Source of the DNA: Candidatus Saccharimonadia bacterium
Lineage (GTDB): Bacteria; Patescibacteriota; Saccharimonadia; UBA4664
DNA length: 64,000 nt
Assembly: GCA_041743505.1 (NCBI GenBank)
Contig: JBGTMQ010000017.1
Span: 15,680 to 79,679 of the forward strand
Direction of reading: 5' to 3'
Positions 44,413 to 53,328 of this stretch are shown piece by piece (the stretch's first letter is position 1; each line of letters opens with the position of its first letter). The notes beneath the pieces were generated by a model, which was not told the DNA's origin, did no database searches, and saw only the letters and a list, made by a program, of their open reading frames with translations. The position numbers were made by a program, and so were the translations under genes.

Positions 44413-46212
44413 TTAGACCTCCTCGTCATTTATAGCCTGAATTTGCAATGTCAGGCTATCAATAAGTTGCGCGTCACCTAGGCTTTCGGCTTCACGCAAT
44501 TGATTAATCAAAATTTGTTTGAGCTCTTTGTTCGATGCCGTTTGCAGCCTTCTGACCAGCTCGAATGCCTCGATACTGCGGTCTGCTGGAGTAAGTTCGG
44601 CAAATTGCCGCTCGCCCACTAACAATAAGATATTAATATCTTTTGACAGGTCTGTCAACGTTGCCGCTAGCGCTTCCCCCGGCTCATCACGACTCGTCCG
44701 CAAACCCCGAAAAATGGCTTGGTACTCAAAAGAACTAAAGTCCCGCTCATGCAAATCATCGAGGCTGAGGCGCGTCAGCGGATAACTCAGCGCTAGCGCC
44801 AACACTAGCCTCTCCAGCTGAATCCGGGCGCCCGGACGGGACGCAGCCTGGACCTTGGCACGAGGCGACTCAGCCTCAAACCTCCCCGAATCACTTTGAG
44901 CAGCTCTTGACCCTTCGTCAACCTGTTCCGATAACTTTGCCTTAACAGCCTCCTCCGCCACCCCCACCCGCTCAGCCAACAGTTTAACGTAATGATCTCT
45001 CTCCACCGGATCACCCAGCCGCCGCAAATTCGCCGCCAACCGGTCAGTATACTGCCGCTTCCCAATAGCCGATTTCAAGTCAAAATCCTTCTCAAACCGG
45101 TCAAACAAGTAATCGACAATATACTTGGCATCAATAATCGCCTTTGTCCAGGCTTCCACCCCCCGCTCTTGGATCAACTCATCCGCATCCTTAATCCCCT
45201 CAGGTACCTCAACCATCCGCAAGGTCAGACCCAGCTTCTGACCCAGCTCAATCGCCCGCTCGGTAGCAGCCAAACCCGCTCGGTCAGCGTCAAAAGCCAG
45301 CTTAATGTTCTTGGTCAGCTTGCTCAGCGTCCGCAGCTGCTCCATCGTCAGCGCCGTGCCGCTAGCCGCTACCACGTGGCATACTCCCGCCTGATGACTA
45401 GCAATCACGTCCATGTTCCCTTCCACCAGCACTACTTCGCCATTCGATCGAATCGCCTCTTTGGCTAGATGAAGCCCATAAATCGCCAGGCTCTTGTCAT
45501 ACAGAGGACTCTGCGGTGTATTGAGATACTTCGGCCCCGAATCATCCAGCACCCGGCCCGTAAACCCGATCGGCCGGCCATCCCGGTCGTGGATCGTAAA
45601 CATTATTCGACCCCGAAAAAGGTCATATATCGTACTCCGACCTTGTTTCTGACCCGCCAGTCCGCCTTGCAATAACTCCTGGTTTTTGTAACCATTTTTC
45701 GCCAAAAAATCCGTCAGCGCATCCCAAGAATCCGGCGCATACCCGATCTGAAAATCCTTAACGGTCTGCTTCGTCAAGTGACGCTTCTTAATGACATAAT
45801 CAAGCGCCTTCTTGTTCTGCACCAAACTCGCCTGAAAGTACTTTACTGCTAGCTCATGAGCCGCCAACAACCGTTCCCGGCGCTGCCTAGCCTCCACGTC
45901 TTCACCACGACGAGCCTTAAGCTCCACTCCTGCCTGACGGGCCAGTTTCTCCAGCGCCTCCCGAAAATCGATCCCCTCCATCTTCATCACAAAGCTAAAA
46001 ACGTCACCACCTTCCTGACAACCGAAACAGTGGTAAATGCCCTTTTCCGGACTCACCATAAAACTAGCTGATTTCTCAGCGTGAAATGGACACGGCGCCT
46101 TCAAATTACGCCCTGCCTGTTTCAGCGGCAAATACGCCCCCACTACCTCGACTATTTCCAGCCGGTTCTTGACTTCCGCCACTTCATCCATAGCTTCATT
46201 ATAACCTGGCAC
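44413..46212 (-). CDS. dnaG: DNA primase DnaG
   Basis: Zinc-binding [13 protein letters not shown]...[20 protein letters not shown]...AFDADRAG; dnaG-rpoD operon. Confidence 0.9.
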   Translation of the reverse strand: MPGYNEAMDEVAEVKNRLEIVEVVGAYLPLKQAGRNLKAPCPFHAEKSASFMVSPEKGIYHCFGCQEGGDVFSFVMKMEGIDFREALEKLARQAGVELKARRGEDVEARQRRERLLAAHELAVKYFQASLVQNKKALDYVIKKRHLTKQTVKDFQIGYAPDSWDALTDFLAKNGYKNQELLQGGLAGQKQGRSTIYDLFRGRIMFTIHDRDGRPIGFTGRVLDDSGPKYLNTPQSPLYDKSLAIYGLHLAKEAIRSNGEVVLVEGNMDVIASHQAGVCHVVAASGTALTMEQLRTLSKLTKNIKLAFDADRAGLAATERAIELGQKLGLTLRMVEVPEGIKDADELIQERGVEAWTKAIIDAKYIVDYLFDRFEKDFDLKSAIGKRQYTDRLAANLRRLGDPVERDHYVKLLAERVGVAEEAVKAKLSEQVDEGSRAAQSDSGRFEAESPRAKVQAASRPGARIQLERLVLALALSYPLTRLSLDDLHERDFSSFEYQAIFRGLRTSRDEPGEALAATLTDLSKDINILLLVGERQFAELTPADRSIEAFELVRRLQTASNKELKQILINQLREAESLGDAQLIDSLTLQIQAINDEEV

Positions 46213-46235
46213 CAGGGGTCATGCGAACAAAAAGC

Positions 46236-46272
46236 GAATAAAAAACCGTCCCCAACCTTAAAAGTCAGGGAC
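46236..46272 (-). terminator. intrinsic terminator on the minus strand (CCGTCCCTGACTTTTAAGGTTGGGGACGG then TTTTTTATTCGCTTTTT)
   Basis: Stem-loop plus U-run immediately downstream of the small ORF 46293..46454. Confidence 0.5.
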
Positions 46273-46292
46273 GGAAGTACTGTTATCTGGGA

Positions 46293-46454
46293 CTACTCGT
46301 TCAGACTGTCATAAATCTGCTTAAATCGGTCCCGTGCCTGCTTGGCCTCCGGATCCTCCGGATACATCCTCAACTCTCTCTCAGCTCGCTCTAAATCACG
46401 TTTTGCCTGGGCGAGAGCCTTTTTATTCAGCTCCTCATCATCAGACGAACCCAT
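46293..46454 (-). CDS. candidate 53-aa helical protein (MGSSDDEELNKKALAQAKRDLERAERELRMYPEDPEAKQARDRFKQIYDSLNE)
   Basis: GAGGAG RBS 9 nt before the ATG; followed by its own terminator; below the ORF-track cutoff. Confidence 0.3.
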   Translation of the reverse strand: MGSSDDEELNKKALAQAKRDLERAERELRMYPEDPEAKQARDRFKQIYDSLNE

Positions 46455-46909
46455 TTCAACCAGCTCCTCAGATTAATCAGCCCCTGAACCTAAGGTCCAG
46501 GGGCACGAACGCTAACAAAAACGTAACTCATCACTCCAGCGGCGGACATTTGCAGTTGATGCAGTATTTGTTCGTACCTCTGCATTCACTGCATCCAGTG
46601 TGACTATTAGCCTTGACTGAGCATGTATACACATCACGCTCATTGCACCGTCTGCATAGCTCACCATGCAGGTGCCTTCGATTGCGAGGCAAGGTCGTCG
46701 CCACCTCCTCGGTCGTATGATGATTTATCTCGCCGAATTGTTATATCACTTATCGAGCTTTTTGTACAAGATGCACGCCCACAACTAAGGAAACCCAACC
46801 ACAGGCCCACTCTAAATGTAAGCAACTTACATATAAACTTACCGTAAATAAATGTAAGTTACTTACATTTAGTGAAAGGGTAAATACCTAAAGGCGCCGG
46901 ACCAACTGG

Positions 46910-47962
46910 CTAACCCAAGTTACTCCAGGTCGAATCCAGCTCACGCCCCTCCATCAGCCGCACAGTCTGCCCGATCGTCTTATTGGCCAATGGCCTCTCA
47001 CCCGCAAACCGGGCAAAATCCGTTACCCGGTGGCTATCAATCCCAATCGTCACTAGCACACCTGTCCGCTCAGCCATACCACGCAACCGGCGCTCATCCG
47101 CCTCCACCTGGTTATCCATGAAACCCGAGCGCACCTCTACCCCATCCAGCCGCCCGTCGCGCAAAAACCCTTCCAGCATATCAGCGTCAATCTTGCGCTT
47201 AATAGTCGGCCAATGCGCCATCACTGCCACCCCTCCAGCACCCCGGATCAGCTCCACACTCCGGTCCATATCAATCGAGTATAAGTAATCCACATAAACA
47301 TCCGGCACGTACGCGTCATCAGATAAAAACAACCAGTACGGATGGTCAGTCACATCCCGCTCCAGCATTCGCATATATTTCATCGCCACATCCGGACTGG
47401 TGACAGCCGAGCGCGCCATATCAGCTTTAATACCTTCCATCACAGCCTCATTCTCAGCATGAGATTTCAGTGCCCGCACAATATGAGGACGACCCACGCT
47501 CTCGCCACCTGAAGCCGCCAAACAGTCATCTTCGCTAATGGTAAAGCCAATCCCCCGCAAATTAGCCACGATCCGCTGCATCCGCTCAGCCCGGGCCACC
47601 AGCGCCTGACGGCAATGCTCCTGCAACGCCGGATCAGTTGGATCGGTAAACAAACCCAAAATATGGAACATGCTAGCCGCACCGCCCCCCAACTCCCGGG
47701 GCAAACCACTACTAATCTCACACCCGACCAGCCATTTGACCGGCCCGGTATACGCCCTAAGCACCTCTAAATCAGAGGTACTCGGCAGCGTATCGTGGTC
47801 ACAAAACGCCACCACACCAAAACCCGTCTGCTCAGCCGTAGCCAAAACCTCAGTGTAATTCTGGTCTCCATCCGAAGCCGTCGTATGATTATGCAGCGAC
47901 TCGTAAGCCAGCATTACTTGGGCCGGTCCGCTAACCGGTAGACAAACTTCAGTCCGGACCAA
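46910..47962 (-). CDS. PHP-domain metal-dependent phosphoesterase (histidinol-phosphatase/Pol-X PHP-like)
   Basis: HNHTTASDGD...AFCDHD N-terminal PHP motifs. Confidence 0.65.
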   Translation of the reverse strand: MVRTEVCLPVSGPAQVMLAYESLHNHTTASDGDQNYTEVLATAEQTGFGVVAFCDHDTLPSTSDLEVLRAYTGPVKWLVGCEISSGLPRELGGGAASMFHILGLFTDPTDPALQEHCRQALVARAERMQRIVANLRGIGFTISEDDCLAASGGESVGRPHIVRALKSHAENEAVMEGIKADMARSAVTSPDVAMKYMRMLERDVTDHPYWLFLSDDAYVPDVYVDYLYSIDMDRSVELIRGAGGVAVMAHWPTIKRKIDADMLEGFLRDGRLDGVEVRSGFMDNQVEADERRLRGMAERTGVLVTIGIDSHRVTDFARFAGERPLANKTIGQTVRLMEGRELDSTWSNLG

Positions 47963-48324
47963 TCATCGGTCAAAGCCGCAACCTTCACATCGACCAAGCC
48001 TACCGCCAGACCTAACTCCCGCACCGTAGTCTCACTCAAACCAGTATGCAACGGCGAAGTCCGCTTGGCCCAACTCACCCATAACATCCCATCGGACAGC
48101 AAATGACGCTTCAGATTAGGCAAAACAGCCTCAAGCTGCTCAGTACTGGTCGCAAAATATTGAATAAAATCAAACACCCCCGACAGCCGCGTCACCATAT
48201 CCACCCGCTCAGGCAACTCCGGCATCAACCCCACATAATCCTTGGGCGCCCGCAATAAAATCACCCGCGAACCCGCGCGCACTCCCAATTTCTCAATTAA
48301 AGGTCGTTGCGAATAACCTGCCAT
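47914..48324 (-). CDS. hypothetical protein (DUF3052-like)
   Basis: 136-aa ORF overlapping the PHP start by 49 nt. Confidence 0.4.
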   Translation of the reverse strand: MAGYSQRPLIEKLGVRAGSRVILLRAPKDYVGLMPELPERVDMVTRLSGVFDFIQYFATSTEQLEAVLPNLKRHLLSDGMLWVSWAKRTSPLHTGLSETTVRELGLAVGLVDVKVAALTDDWSGLKFVYRLADRPK

Positions 48325-48339
48325 AATGAGTATCCTACG

Positions 48340-49173
48340 CTATGCCAAACAGTATCGTCCATCCGCTTGGCGAATAATAAACCCTTCCTGCACCAACGCC
48401 GCTAGCACGATCTCCAGCCGCCCGTCCTCGATAACAAACTCACCCGCCAACCGCGGCCGCTCCAGCAGTTGCCGCAACACCTCACCCCGTAGCTGCCGCA
48501 AACTACCCTCAAACTTACTCTGCACCGCATAATGCTTGCTGCGCCGGTTCGGATTCGGCACCCGCTTCGCCAAGTCTGCCCCATAGTCCATCAGCGCGTG
48601 GTACCACTCACGCGGGTGCTCCCGGTCCAGCGCCACCTCAATCACCGGTCGCAGCTCCGCATCAGTCACATCGTCGCGGTCGGCAAAAAACTCATGGATA
48701 AACACCCGCCGGATATTAGTCTCAATAAAAATCACCGGCTCGTCATACGCAAACGCCGCTATGCTACCCGCCGTATTCGGACCGATTCCCGGCAGCCGCA
48801 CCAACACCGCCGGATCACGTGGCAGCACACCATCAAACTCATCCACCACCATCGCCGCCGCCCGCTCTAGCCACAAAGCCCGCCGGTTATAGCCCATGCC
48901 CTGCCAAGCCGCCAACAACTCAGTCACACCAGCCCCGGCCAGTGCCTCAAAATCCGAAAAAACTCGCAGCCATTCCGGATACTTAACCAGCACCCGGCTG
49001 ACCTGCGTCTGCTGCAGCATTACCTCACTCACAAACACCTGATACGGCGTAGGATCATGCCGCCAAGGCAAGTCACGGCCATAATCCCGGTAGAAATCCC
49101 AAACCTTTTCTTGAAATAGGCTATACTTGAAATTATCCATACAATATGGTATTTTAACCCGGTTCCTTGCCAA
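48340..49173 (-). CDS. HhH-GPD superfamily DNA glycosylase (endonuclease III/MutY-like, apparently without the 4Fe-4S Cys cluster)
   Basis: VMLQQTQV...LPGIGPNTAG helix-hairpin-helix and Gly/Pro-rich loop plus a catalytic Asp region; no C-x6-C-x2-C-x5-C. Confidence 0.6.
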   Translation of the reverse strand: MARNRVKIPYCMDNFKYSLFQEKVWDFYRDYGRDLPWRHDPTPYQVFVSEVMLQQTQVSRVLVKYPEWLRVFSDFEALAGAGVTELLAAWQGMGYNRRALWLERAAAMVVDEFDGVLPRDPAVLVRLPGIGPNTAGSIAAFAYDEPVIFIETNIRRVFIHEFFADRDDVTDAELRPVIEVALDREHPREWYHALMDYGADLAKRVPNPNRRSKHYAVQSKFEGSLRQLRGEVLRQLLERPRLAGEFVIEDGRLEIVLAALVQEGFIIRQADGRYCLA

Positions 49174-49190
49174 CTAGAAGAGGTGATCTC

Positions 49191-49616
49191 ATGCCATCCT
49201 GGAACAGGCGTTCTAAGGCCCAAACCGTGAGACCGGACCGGCCCGACCCGGATCCCGTCATCGAAGCCCGCCTCCAGCAGCTCGATGAACTTGCAACCCA
49301 AAACACCGTCAAGCGCGGGCAAATCAACGACTACCGCGCTGAAATCAACCTGCTTCATTCTCAACTGCGGAGCTTCGCCCATAAGGCAGCGAGTGCCACC
49401 TATACTTCCGATGAGACTAAGTACAAGACTCAAATCAAAACCGGTGAAGCTCGCATCGAACAACTCCAGGATGAAATCCGCCAGCTGGAAGCCGGCATCA
49501 ACGCCAACCACGAGCAGATCATCACATATCACGAGCAAATTGTGGCGCATCGCCAGTCGCTCGCGCAAGCCCGCGACGACATGATCCTCCGCTATAAACC
49601 CCCGACCGACACATAG
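49191..49616 (+). CDS. coiled-coil protein, paralog 1 of a tandem triplet (N-terminal RPDRPDPDPVIEARLQQLDEL)
   Basis: AAGAGG RBS; basic Pro-rich N-terminus then heptad-like helical region. Confidence 0.5.
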   Translation: MPSWNRRSKAQTVRPDRPDPDPVIEARLQQLDELATQNTVKRGQINDYRAEINLLHSQLRSFAHKAASATYTSDETKYKTQIKTGEARIEQLQDEIRQLEAGINANHEQIITYHEQIVAHRQSLAQARDDMILRYKPPTDT

Positions 49617-49647
49617 CCGGCCCAAACCTAGCGAAAAGAGGCCAGTC

Positions 49648-50043
49648 GTGGCTCTCCTACGACGCCGACGTTCCACGCCCGAACCCTCACCCCCAACTCG
49701 GCCGACTCATCCGGATCCGGCTATCGAAGCCAAGCTTCAGCAGCTCGATAGCCTACGCCAACGAGTCAAGGACAAAGAAGAGCAGGTTAAGCAGTACGGA
49801 TACGAAATAGCCCAACTCCACATTTTAAATCGGGAGTTAAGCGCCGATGCCGCCTCGGGATACTCAAGCTACGATAGCTGCCAGGGTCAGATCGAAAGTA
49901 ATGACGGCCGGATCGAAGCACTCGCTAGCGCCACCACTCAGCTCGAGCAGGAAATCGACACCGCTCACGAGCGCATCGTTGCATTAATTGCTGATCTGAG
50001 CAAAACAGTCGAAAAAGAGTTTCTCAGCTACTTCATCCAGTAG
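49648..50043 (+). CDS. coiled-coil protein, paralog 2 (N-terminal PTHPDPAIEAKLQQLDSL), GTG start
   Basis: AAAGAGG RBS; same architecture as paralog 1. Confidence 0.45.
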   Translation: MALLRRRRSTPEPSPPTRPTHPDPAIEAKLQQLDSLRQRVKDKEEQVKQYGYEIAQLHILNRELSADAASGYSSYDSCQGQIESNDGRIEALASATTQLEQEIDTAHERIVALIADLSKTVEKEFLSYFIQ

Positions 50044-50066
50044 CCCTAAACGAGAAAGGCTGTGCT

Positions 50067-50450
50067 ATGCGCTTCCTCCGCCCCAAAGTCGCCACACCAC
50101 CACCGCGCGCACCCGACCCGGACCCTGTAGTCGAAACCCGGTTGCAGCAACTCGACGAGCTGGCCTCGCAAAACTCCTTTAAGCGTACTCAGATGGGTCA
50201 GTACCAGACCGAGATTCAGAAGCTATATGACGATATGCGGGCTCTCGAACACAGAGCTCAGAGCTCATACTACAGAAAAGGGGAGGCTCAACGTCAGGGC
50301 CCTGTAACCGAGCGGCGTATCGCGCAGCTGCAAGCCGAAATTCGAACACTCGAGAGTGATATCCAGGCCAATCTGGCCCGAGCTACTGAAGTCAGGCGCC
50401 AGATCGAGCAGGAACGGTTCAGAGACATCAGAGACTTCAAAGCCAACTAG
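50067..50450 (+). CDS. coiled-coil protein, paralog 3 (N-terminal RAPDPDPVVETRLQQLDEL)
   Basis: GAGAAAGG RBS; same architecture; followed by a terminator. Confidence 0.5.
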   Translation: MRFLRPKVATPPPRAPDPDPVVETRLQQLDELASQNSFKRTQMGQYQTEIQKLYDDMRALEHRAQSSYYRKGEAQRQGPVTERRIAQLQAEIRTLESDIQANLARATEVRRQIEQERFRDIRDFKAN

Positions 50451-50454
50451 TCTG

Positions 50455-50490
50455 TAGCGCCCCGGAAGTTTCCGGGGCGCTAATCATTTT
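50455..50490 (+). terminator. bidirectional intrinsic terminator (AGCGCCCCGGAAGTTTCCGGGGCGCT then AATCATTTTTA)
   Basis: Perfect 11-bp stem between the coiled-coil triplet and the convergent yjbR-like gene. Confidence 0.55.
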
Positions 50491-50810
50491 TATCGTTTTT
50501 TCTTCGTCACCAACTCATACGAATGATCTATCAGCTCCCGCACCAGCTCATCCGGCAACTTCCCGGTCAAATCCAGCGTGTTCCAGTGCTGCTTGTTCAA
50601 ATGATAACCAGCCGTAACCTCCGGATAATCCTGCCGCAAAATCTGCGCCCGCACCGGGTCACATTTAAGGCTAATCGACCGCGGCGCCTCACTCGCCGGC
50701 GCCACAGCAAACATCTTGCCACCTACCTTAAACACCGTTGCCTCCGGTCCAAACGGATACGTCTCCTCTGCACCGGGCTTGCTCAAGCAATATTTCACCA
50801 CATCAATCAT
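50490..50810 (-). CDS. MmcQ/YjbR-family protein
   Basis: 106-aa; YCLSKPGAEETYPFGPEATVFKVGGKMFA pattern of YjbR. Confidence 0.55.
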   Translation of the reverse strand: MIDVVKYCLSKPGAEETYPFGPEATVFKVGGKMFAVAPASEAPRSISLKCDPVRAQILRQDYPEVTAGYHLNKQHWNTLDLTGKLPDELVRELIDHSYELVTKKKR

Positions 50811-51229
50811 GATTTTCCGCTCGGTTTAAAATCCAACGCACACGAACTCACGCAATAATGCTGCCCCGACTTAGCCGCCGGATCACCCTCAAACAAATGC
50901 CCCAAATGCGAGCCGCACCGGGCACAAGTCACCTCGGTCCGCCGCATGCCAAACGAGTTGTCTTCACGTAGCTCCACCCGGCCTTTCGCCGCCTCAGCAT
51001 AAAATGCCGGCCAGCCCTGCAAACCAGGCAAGGTACTCTCAAACTTCGTATCCGCTAAAAATAGCTCCTGACCGCAAGCCGCACAATGATAAGTCCCGTC
51101 CTCGTAATTGTCTACGTACCGAGCAGTCCCAGGCGCCTCAGTTCCTTTCTCACGAAGCACATGGTATTGCTCCGGCGTCAGCCTCTCACGCCAATACTCC
51201 TCGGGCTTATCCCGCATGTCCTCAGTCAT
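50807..51229 (-). CDS. msrB: peptide-methionine (R)-S-oxide reductase MsrB
   Basis: Two CxxC pairs (YHCAACG...CARCGSHLGHLF) and the RTEV(T)CARC catalytic region. Confidence 0.85.
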   Translation of the reverse strand: MTEDMRDKPEEYWRERLTPEQYHVLREKGTEAPGTARYVDNYEDGTYHCAACGQELFLADTKFESTLPGLQGWPAFYAEAAKGRVELREDNSFGMRRTEVTCARCGSHLGHLFEGDPAAKSGQHYCVSSCALDFKPSGKS

Positions 51230-51250
51230 AATCTTTATTCCTTTCCCGAG

Positions 51251-51757
51251 TTAACGAATACGAGAATACGTCGTCTCAGCCCCGCCGTCCTTGCTTCCGT
51301 CCGGTGCAAGATTATCCATCCTGATAATTACTTTATCCTTGCTCACAATCTCAATCATCGTGCGCCAACCATAACTGACTTCACCCTCACCGTTTCCCAG
51401 GTCAATCGAATAGTGGCCAACTACCGAAAAGCTTTCGCCTGCCTCGCCCTTAGAAAACATAATACCGTCCCCATTGTGAAAGCTATCAACCCAAGCCGAT
51501 TCGAACTGTTTTGTGGCAGTATTATAACCGTAAATAGCCGCCCCGGAGTGAGGCTTCCCGTCCACACTCCCCCGGTATTCATGCAAAATAAACCGGCCGT
51601 CAAGCATTAACCGCATTGTCCCGCTGGTTTTATCAGTCAAAATGGGACTCTCAGCACCAAACTGGACGGTAGTCACACCTTCCCACTCACCCACGAGTCC
51701 GCTAAGTAAAGGATGCAAATCTTCCTCTTTCATTTTCTCAGACGAATCATTACTCAT
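51251..51757 (-). CDS. DUF1579-like (lipocalin-fold) protein
   Basis: LVGEWEGVTTVQFG...GTMRLMLDGRFILHEY pattern resembles DUF1579; likely start MSNDSS (the ORF track extends to 51847). Confidence 0.45.
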   Translation of the reverse strand: MSNDSSEKMKEEDLHPLLSGLVGEWEGVTTVQFGAESPILTDKTSGTMRLMLDGRFILHEYRGSVDGKPHSGAAIYGYNTATKQFESAWVDSFHNGDGIMFSKGEAGESFSVVGHYSIDLGNGEGEVSYGWRTMIEIVSKDKVIIRMDNLAPDGSKDGGAETTYSRIR

Positions 51758-51843
51758 AAATCTATTATATCCCTCAATCACCAACTTCCGCACTACACAA
51801 ACCCAGCCGGTCGCACAAAAAACGGGGCCGGATCGTATCGGGC

Positions 51844-52371
51844 TCAATACTGATACACATAGGCCTTCGCGGCATATGAAGCCGAGCCTTTGAGCTCAAT
51901 CACAGCCTGTGCCCGCCGCGCCAGCGGAAACTGTACCGACACTACTCTGGCGCCACGAGGTAACATTTGGTCAAACCTAGGCTCCAAACGGCGCATCAAC
52001 TCCGGGCCCAAATACACTACCACCCGGTTGGCCCGGGACAAGTCCTGGTCCAAAACGTCACGGCGCACCAACCTTACGGCGCCCCTTGTCCGCCACCTGG
52101 CTAATCCCAGTAGCAAAAAATTATTTTCGATCCCAACACAACTCACACCCCCAACCGCCTTAACCGCCATCAAGACCCTCCCGTCCCCGCAACCCAAGTC
52201 ATAAACCACATCACCACGGGCCAGTTGCAGCGCCTTCAGTACCTGAGGAATAGCCGCATCAGGCAAGGACACATAGGGCACCCGGTTGCGCAACAAAAAA
52301 TAGCCATGCAGCAGGAATAATCCCACAAAAAGGGCCCAAAAAGCCCCAACGATCAGTGCAACCCACTGCAT
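51844..52371 (-). CDS. membrane-anchored class I SAM-dependent methyltransferase
   Basis: N-terminal TM then VVYDLGCGDGRVLM motif I. Confidence 0.5.
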   Translation of the reverse strand: MQWVALIVGAFWALFVGLFLLHGYFLLRNRVPYVSLPDAAIPQVLKALQLARGDVVYDLGCGDGRVLMAVKAVGGVSCVGIENNFLLLGLARWRTRGAVRLVRRDVLDQDLSRANRVVVYLGPELMRRLEPRFDQMLPRGARVVSVQFPLARRAQAVIELKGSASYAAKAYVYQY

Positions 52372-52440
52372 TAATCATCCTCCACTAGGCCTATTCTACG
52401 CCAAAAACCAAAGACAGTCCTAGCGAACCAGGACTGTCTT

Positions 52441-52528
52441 TGGCGGAGGGAGAGGGATTCGAACCCTCGAGGGCTTGCACCCAACGCGCTTTCCAAGCGC
52501 GCGCCATAGGCCACTAGGCGACCCCTCC
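52441..52528 (-). tRNA. tRNA-Ser (anticodon GGA), encoded CCA
   Basis: Reverse complement GGAGGGGUCGCCUAGUGG...CUUGGAAAG...GGUUCGAAUCCCUCUCCCUCCGCCA: 7-bp acceptor stem, D-loop, anticodon loop with GGA, long variable arm, T-loop GTTCGAATC. Confidence 0.85.
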
Positions 52529-52586
52529 GAACCGGACTATTATAACCATCTTTTTCAGTTTGAGCCATAATGTCGCCCGGACGAAA

Positions 52587-52615
52587 TTGACTTATACAAC
52601 AATACGTATTATAAT
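52587..52615 (+). promoter_or_regulatory. consensus sigma70 promoter TTGACT-17-TATAAT
   Basis: Perfect hexamers with 17-nt spacing, 60 nt upstream of the 52677 start. Confidence 0.55.
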
Positions 52616-52676
52616 ATATAACACGCACCTTATAGGGTAAACTCCTTACCCTACGATCGACCTTTAAGGGGGCCAA

Positions 52677-53045
52677 ATGCGTGCTGTCATTCCCTTGGTT
52701 GTCATCCTTTTTCTCATTCTGATGACCTGGCTTGTGTTTACCATTTACCGGGCCGGGCAGACGAGACGCATCAACGCAATTGCGGCAGCCGAGGAAGATC
52801 GTTGGGCCAAGGCCATTGCGGCTGCCCGGTGGGAGGATTCACATCGTACGCGCGGCGACATAACCGACGTCATCGTACAAAAAGTAGCCCGCCTCTCGTC
52901 TGGCGAGGAACATGAGCTTGCACCACCGGCAGTCATTGAGTCGATTGCAAATTCAGATCCTGATTGGCACAACAAGTTCAAGATCGCCAAGCAGGAAGCC
53001 TGGAGTCGGGCGATTGATCTCAACAATCCTCCTCTCACAATATAG
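52677..53045 (+). CDS. hypothetical membrane-anchored protein
   Basis: N-terminal TM; AAGGGGG RBS. Confidence 0.45.
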   Translation: MRAVIPLVVILFLILMTWLVFTIYRAGQTRRINAIAAAEEDRWAKAIAAARWEDSHRTRGDITDVIVQKVARLSSGEEHELAPPAVIESIANSDPDWHNKFKIAKQEAWSRAIDLNNPPLTI

Positions 53046-53071
53046 GCAGCTATCTCCAACACCGCCAGCGC

Positions 53072-53122
53072 GGCGGAGTTCAGGACATTAGTCCTGGGCT
53101 CCGCCCCTGGCGGATTCTCTTT
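53072..53122 (+). terminator. repeated terminator element, copy 1 (GGCGGAGTTCAGGAC-ATTA-GTCCTGGGCTCCGCC then CCTGGCGGATTCTCTTT)
   Basis: 15-bp stem; same element at 55180 and 57836. Confidence 0.5.
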
Positions 53123-53163
53123 GCCCTAGCCACAAAATAAGCCCGCACACAAATCAAATATGC

Positions 53164-53192
53164 TTGACTAATATATAAATATGTACTATAAT
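53164..53192 (+). promoter_or_regulatory. consensus sigma70 promoter TTGACT-17-TATAAT
   Basis: Perfect hexamers; predicted 5' UTR of about 130 nt to ATG 53329. Confidence 0.55.
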
Positions 53193-53210
53193 TAAAGAAT
53201 AGCCATTCCC

Positions 53211-53276
53211 GCAAATACTTTCATTCTCGAGACTCACGTGGGTAGAGTCCGGAAATGAGGGGTTTTGCTCCTCCGG
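53211..53276 (+). promoter_or_regulatory. conserved structured 5'-leader element, copy 1 (...GGTAGAGTCCGGAAATGAGGGGTTTTGCTCCTCCGG)
   Basis: About 65 nt alignable with 55317-55381, including a compensatory change in the GAGGGG/CUCCUC hairpin. Confidence 0.4.
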
Positions 53277-53328
53277 TTGGACGACCGCCTCGTCTAGCAC
53301 CCTCACATCTGGAAGGAGTTGAGCCCAA

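Noticed and set aside
53240-53262. AGUCCGG-containing segment resembling the RNase P RNA P4 region (GGAAAGUCCGG)
   Set aside because: The motif occurs twice (53247 and 55351) as part of a duplicated leader. The remaining RNase P conserved regions and helices are absent. It is therefore treated as a cis-leader element and not as rnpB.
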